IMG/VR virus record: IMGVR_UViG_3300021961_000614
Span: 1-24,364 of that record
Reading direction: 5' to 3' (one strand)
Length of the DNA: 24,364 nt
Source of the DNA: a virus
Taxonomy: Duplodnaviria > Caudoviricetes
Below the pieces are notes generated by a model, which made no database searches, was not told the origin of the DNA, and worked only from the letters and a program-made list of their open reading frames with translations. Positions 21,582 through 24,364 of this stretch are shown here, piece by piece. Each line of letters begins with the position of its first letter. The stretch's first letter is position 1. Made by a program: the position numbers and the translations under genes.

Positions 21582-21968
21582 ATGGGAAACCAAGTGACCA
21601 ACATTGGTGGGGTTCTCTCGGCTGTTACCGCGACTATTGCTTATACCGATAGTTCTGCAGTGACAGTGGGGACGATCCCGGCCAATGCGCAAATCATCGA
21701 TATCAATATCGATGTAACCACTGCATTTGATGCAGGCACTACCAACACGATCGCTGTTGGCAAATCTGGCTCTGCTGCTGCTTATGTTGCAGCAACGGGG
21801 GTTGGTTCTGCTGGCCGTGCGAGTGTTGCTTCCACTGGCGTTTATGCCGACTGGGCTGACGTAGGATCCGCTGAAGTTGCGGTGACTGCGACGTATGCTC
21901 AGACCGGTACGGCGGCAGCGGCGGGTGCAGCACGGGTGACGGTGGTTTATCGATCGCCCGCGCCATAA
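21582..21968 (+). CDS. Small beta-rich virion structural protein
   Basis: AAGGAG RBS; IPANAQIIDI.IDVTTAFDAGT...G.ARVTVVY pattern; Ala/Thr/Gly-rich. Confidence 0.75.
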   Translation: MGNQVTNIGGVLSAVTATIAYTDSSAVTVGTIPANAQIIDINIDVTTAFDAGTTNTIAVGKSGSAAAYVAATGVGSAGRASVASTGVYADWADVGSAEVAVTATYAQTGTAAAAGAARVTVVYRSPAP

Positions 21969-21978
21969 AGAGAGAATC

Positions 21979-22518
21979 ATGGGCTATGCCGTTTACATCG
22001 TAACCAATGTTGTTAATGCTAAGCAGTACGTTGGCATTACCAATAACTTGGGCATTCGATGGAAACGGCATAAAAAAGCTCTTGGTGAAACACCTCTTTT
22101 GCATAGAGCCATCAAAAAATACGGGAAGGAATTTTTTGTGTTTTCCCACATTGCTGATGCTTTTGACAAAGAGGCTGCTTTTGATCTTGAGAGGATTCTG
22201 ATTGAACAGCACAATACTTTTTATCCAAATGGTTACAACTTAACCAAGGGGGGAGAAGGTGGTGCTGGCGCTAAGATCGGAAGAGTGCTATCCAAAGAGA
22301 CAAAGAAAAAAATTTCTGAATCTCTTAAAGGCAAGCCAAGCCCAAGAAAGGGCGCAAAGTTGTCTGACGAAACAAAACAAAAGTTGCGTGAGTCAAAAGT
22401 TGGCAAGCCGAGCAAAAGACTTGGATATAAGCACTCCGAAGAAACTATTGCAAAAATCAGAGCGCAAAAAATAGCCCGTGATCTTCTTAAAAAAGTAAAG
22501 GAAACTGAAAATGTCTAG
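21979..22518 (+). CDS. Free-standing GIY-YIG homing endonuclease with NUMOD3-type repeats
   Basis: AVYIVTN..NAKQYVGIT, RW.RH, LE..LI and NGYNLT.GG motifs; repeats LSKETKKKISES, LSDETKQKLRES and HSEETIAKIR; clearly AT-richer than its flanks. Confidence 0.92.
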   Translation: MGYAVYIVTNVVNAKQYVGITNNLGIRWKRHKKALGETPLLHRAIKKYGKEFFVFSHIADAFDKEAAFDLERILIEQHNTFYPNGYNLTKGGEGGAGAKIGRVLSKETKKKISESLKGKPSPRKGAKLSDETKQKLRESKVGKPSKRLGYKHSEETIAKIRAQKIARDLLKKVKETENV

Positions 22519-23533
22519 TTTCAGACCTATGGTGAAAATGGACACCTCTGAGCCGACGGTCGAACTGAAGCTCAAGAAAGGTGGTTCCGTCTCCAAGCCC
22601 AAGAAGATGATGAACGGCGGCATGATGGGTTCTCTTCCTGCAGCAGCGGCTCCGGTCGGTGCTCGTGGGGGGATGGGTCCGGTTGCTCGTCCGACTCGTC
22701 CGTCTTTGGCAGCGCGTCGTGCAGCGATGAAGGCCGCACCGATGGGCCGTCCGACGATGAAGGAAGGTGGCGAAACCAAGGCCGAGCACAAGGCCGAGAT
22801 GGCTGCTATCAAAAGCGTCGATAAGAAGCTCTCTAAACATGCCGAGAAAGCTGCGTCCAAGGCCCACAAAGGCCTGAAGACCGGTGGTGTTGTCATGGGT
22901 CAGGGCGGCTACAAAACCGGCGGCGTCGTCATGGGCCAAGGTGGCTACAAGGACGGCGGTGGCGTTAAAGGCGGTGGAGTCGAAGGTAATGTCTCTTCTG
23001 CCAAACCCGGCGCGACCAATACCAAGACTGGTGAGGTCAAACTGGGCAACGCTGGCTTCAAGAAAGGCGGTGCCTCAAAAAAGGCCTACGCTACGGGGGG
23101 CAGTGTTAACGACACCGGTCGGCCCGTAGCGTACCCGAAGAAACCCGTCTCCAAACCCGTCAAAAACAATCTTCAGTCTGGCACCTTCAAAAAGGGTGGC
23201 AAAGTGAAGATGGCTGGCGGCGGGGCTTTGGACGGCCAAGGAGTAATATCCGACGCCGAAAGGAAGATGCTTCTTGACGCTGAAAAAGTTCCTTCTGACA
23301 TCCAAGAACAGATCCAAGACATCCGGGAACGGAAAGGTCGGGAGAACTTCGAGAAGATGAAAACGGAAGAGAACGAATCGCTGAGAGACTTTATCCCTAG
23401 TCTTGGTCGCAAGGCCATGAGGGGGATTAAGGAGTTGTTTGGGAGCACTCCCAAAGGCTCCGGGAGCGTGACCGAAACGGAGAAATCTGTGACGGTGACA
23501 CCCGGCAAGAAGCGCGGCGGTCGGGCACGTTGA
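22511..23533 (+). CDS. Lys/Gly-rich low-complexity protein with about 11 xxGG motifs (possible internal virion protein)
   Basis: LKKGG, MMNGG, MKEGG, LKTGG, YKTGG, YKDGG, FKKGG, YATGG, FKKGG, MAGGG, KKRGG; AAGGA RBS. Confidence 0.8.
   Translation: MSSFRPMVKMDTSEPTVELKLKKGGSVSKPKKMMNGGMMGSLPAAAAPVGARGGMGPVARPTRPSLAARRAAMKAAPMGRPTMKEGGETKAEHKAEMAAIKSVDKKLSKHAEKAASKAHKGLKTGGVVMGQGGYKTGGVVMGQGGYKDGGGVKGGGVEGNVSSAKPGATNTKTGEVKLGNAGFKKGGASKKAYATGGSVNDTGRPVAYPKKPVSKPVKNNLQSGTFKKGGKVKMAGGGALDGQGVISDAERKMLLDAEKVPSDIQEQIQDIRERKGRENFEKMKTEENESLRDFIPSLGRKAMRGIKELFGSTPKGSGSVTETEKSVTVTPGKKRGGRAR
22880..22951 (+). repeat. Tandem 36-bp coding repeat (TGGVVMGQGGYK x2)
   Basis: ACCGGTGGTGTTGTCATGGGTCAGGGCGGCTACAAA / ACCGGCGGCGTCGTCATGGGCCAAGGTGGCTACAAG; all differences are synonymous. 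Confidence 0.9.
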
Positions 23534-23537
23534 GGAC

Positions 23538-23563
23538 GAGTGGGGGCTTCGTGCCCCCGCTTT
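23538..23563 (+). terminator. Probable intrinsic terminator
   Basis: GAGTGGGGGC-TTCGT-GCCCCCGCTT followed by TACTT, just after the stop at 23533. Confidence 0.65.
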
Positions 23564-23580
23564 ACTTGTGAAGGCGCACC

Positions 23581-23883
23581 ATGAAAGTTCAAACAGTTTC
23601 TAGGACTGGCGTTGGCTCTAGCGACGCGCTGGTCATGAATACCAACATCAGCCCGTTTAATGTCGGGTTTGGTGTTATTGCGACTGGCACGGTTGACTAC
23701 ACCGTCCAGCACACATTTGATGACCCTGCCGTGGGTTTTACGACTTGGTTCTCGCATCCGACGGTTGCCGCGCAGACTTCTGATGCTGACGGCAACTATG
23801 CGTTCCCGGTGACTGGAATCAAGGTTCTGGTCAACTCAGGAGCCGGTAGCGTCACGATGAATGTCATTCAGGCAGGCATTTGA
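23581..23883 (+). CDS. Small beta-rich structural protein
   Basis: GAAGG RBS; YTVQHTFDD...W..H...GNYAFPVTGI pattern; structural gene context. Confidence 0.75.
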   Translation: MKVQTVSRTGVGSSDALVMNTNISPFNVGFGVIATGTVDYTVQHTFDDPAVGFTTWFSHPTVAAQTSDADGNYAFPVTGIKVLVNSGAGSVTMNVIQAGI

Positions 23884-24122
23884 TGGGACAAGTTGGTGAT
23901 TCCGCGGTCGCCAACCGGGCAAATACCACCAGAGGTTATGCCGACGGGGTTGGGGCAGAAAATACATTGAATGACACCGCCGGTCAGAATGTTGGTGCCG
24001 GTGGCGTTGTCGATTTATTCAATGGTGCCCCTCCTGCGGCAAGATCGTTCATTGCGGATGAAACCGACCCCGGGTATGTCCTGCAAGAGGACGACAGCAA
24101 GATTAGATTGGAGGCTTCGTAA
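23880..24122 (+). CDS. Small structural protein with a C-terminal LQEDxSKIxLE motif
   Basis: Overlaps both neighbours; the tail YVLQEDDSKIRLE resembles motifs of fibre-associated proteins. The start may be ATG 23883. Confidence 0.65.
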   Translation: MMGQVGDSAVANRANTTRGYADGVGAENTLNDTAGQNVGAGGVVDLFNGAPPAARSFIADETDPGYVLQEDDSKIRLEAS

Positions 24123-24364
24123 TGGCTGACCAGAAAATCTCGGCAATGCCATCAGCGGCTGCGCTGACTGGCGCGGAGCTAGTGCCGCTTGTACAGGGCG
24201 GGGCCAATGTTCGCTCAACAGTTGGCAATGTCGGTGCGTTTTATACAAACAGAATTGGGCTGTTCAGTTCGACTACCCAAACCGCTTTGGCAGACACCGC
24301 AACGGTAATGACTTTTGATACGGTTGCGTTTTCGCAGAACATTAGCCTTGTAGACGGTTCAAAA
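24122..24364 (+). CDS. Tail fibre-like protein, N-terminal part (runs off the window)
   Basis: Missing from the ORF track. GGAGG RBS and TAATG overlap; MADQKISAMPSAAALTGAELVPLVQGGANVRST is a typical fibre N-terminal motif; open to the window end. Confidence 0.75.
   Translation, partial: MADQKISAMPSAAALTGAELVPLVQGGANVRSTVGNVGAFYTNRIGLFSSTTQTALADTATVMTFDTVAFSQNISLVDGSK

Noticed and set aside
1-24364. Alternative genetic code or diversity-generating retroelement
   Set aside because: TAA, TAG and TGA all end credible genes; there is no reverse transcriptase, and the mismatches in the 56-bp repeat pair are not adenine-specific.

Overview
A 24.4 kb segment of a tailed dsDNA phage genome (Caudoviricetes; a podovirus-type head gene order and a probable proteobacterial host are inferred). 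There are no host genes and no integrase. From left to right: a short leftward early operon (NGO0469-family protein); a divergent Cro/YdaS-like regulator; a replication module (HTH initiator with internal 23-bp iterons, P-like loader, RusA-like resolvase, Ref-like HNH nuclease); two small early operons, one encoding a stand-alone sigma-70 region-4 protein; terS; terL interrupted by a 301-aa intein; an 800-bp non-coding control region; a ~1675-aa polyvalent protein (PcfJ-like, ParB-like and ADP-ribosyltransferase modules); portal, GroES-like protein, scaffold and major capsid; a free-standing GIY-YIG endonuclease; and the first head-completion/tail genes. The most notable observations are: (1) the terL intein carries its HNH endonuclease as a separate nested gene in another reading frame; (2) a recurring [FYML]-x-x-G-G motif marks module boundaries in the polyvalent protein and occurs about 11 times in a 340-aa structural-region protein, suggesting a processing or virion-loading system; (3) a second copy of the initiator iteron motif lies 7.8 kb from the rep gene, next to a strong promoter and a long RNA leader with mutually exclusive pairings; (4) three early promoters share a leader hairpin with compensatory base changes. 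All family assignments come from recognising motifs by eye; no database search was run.
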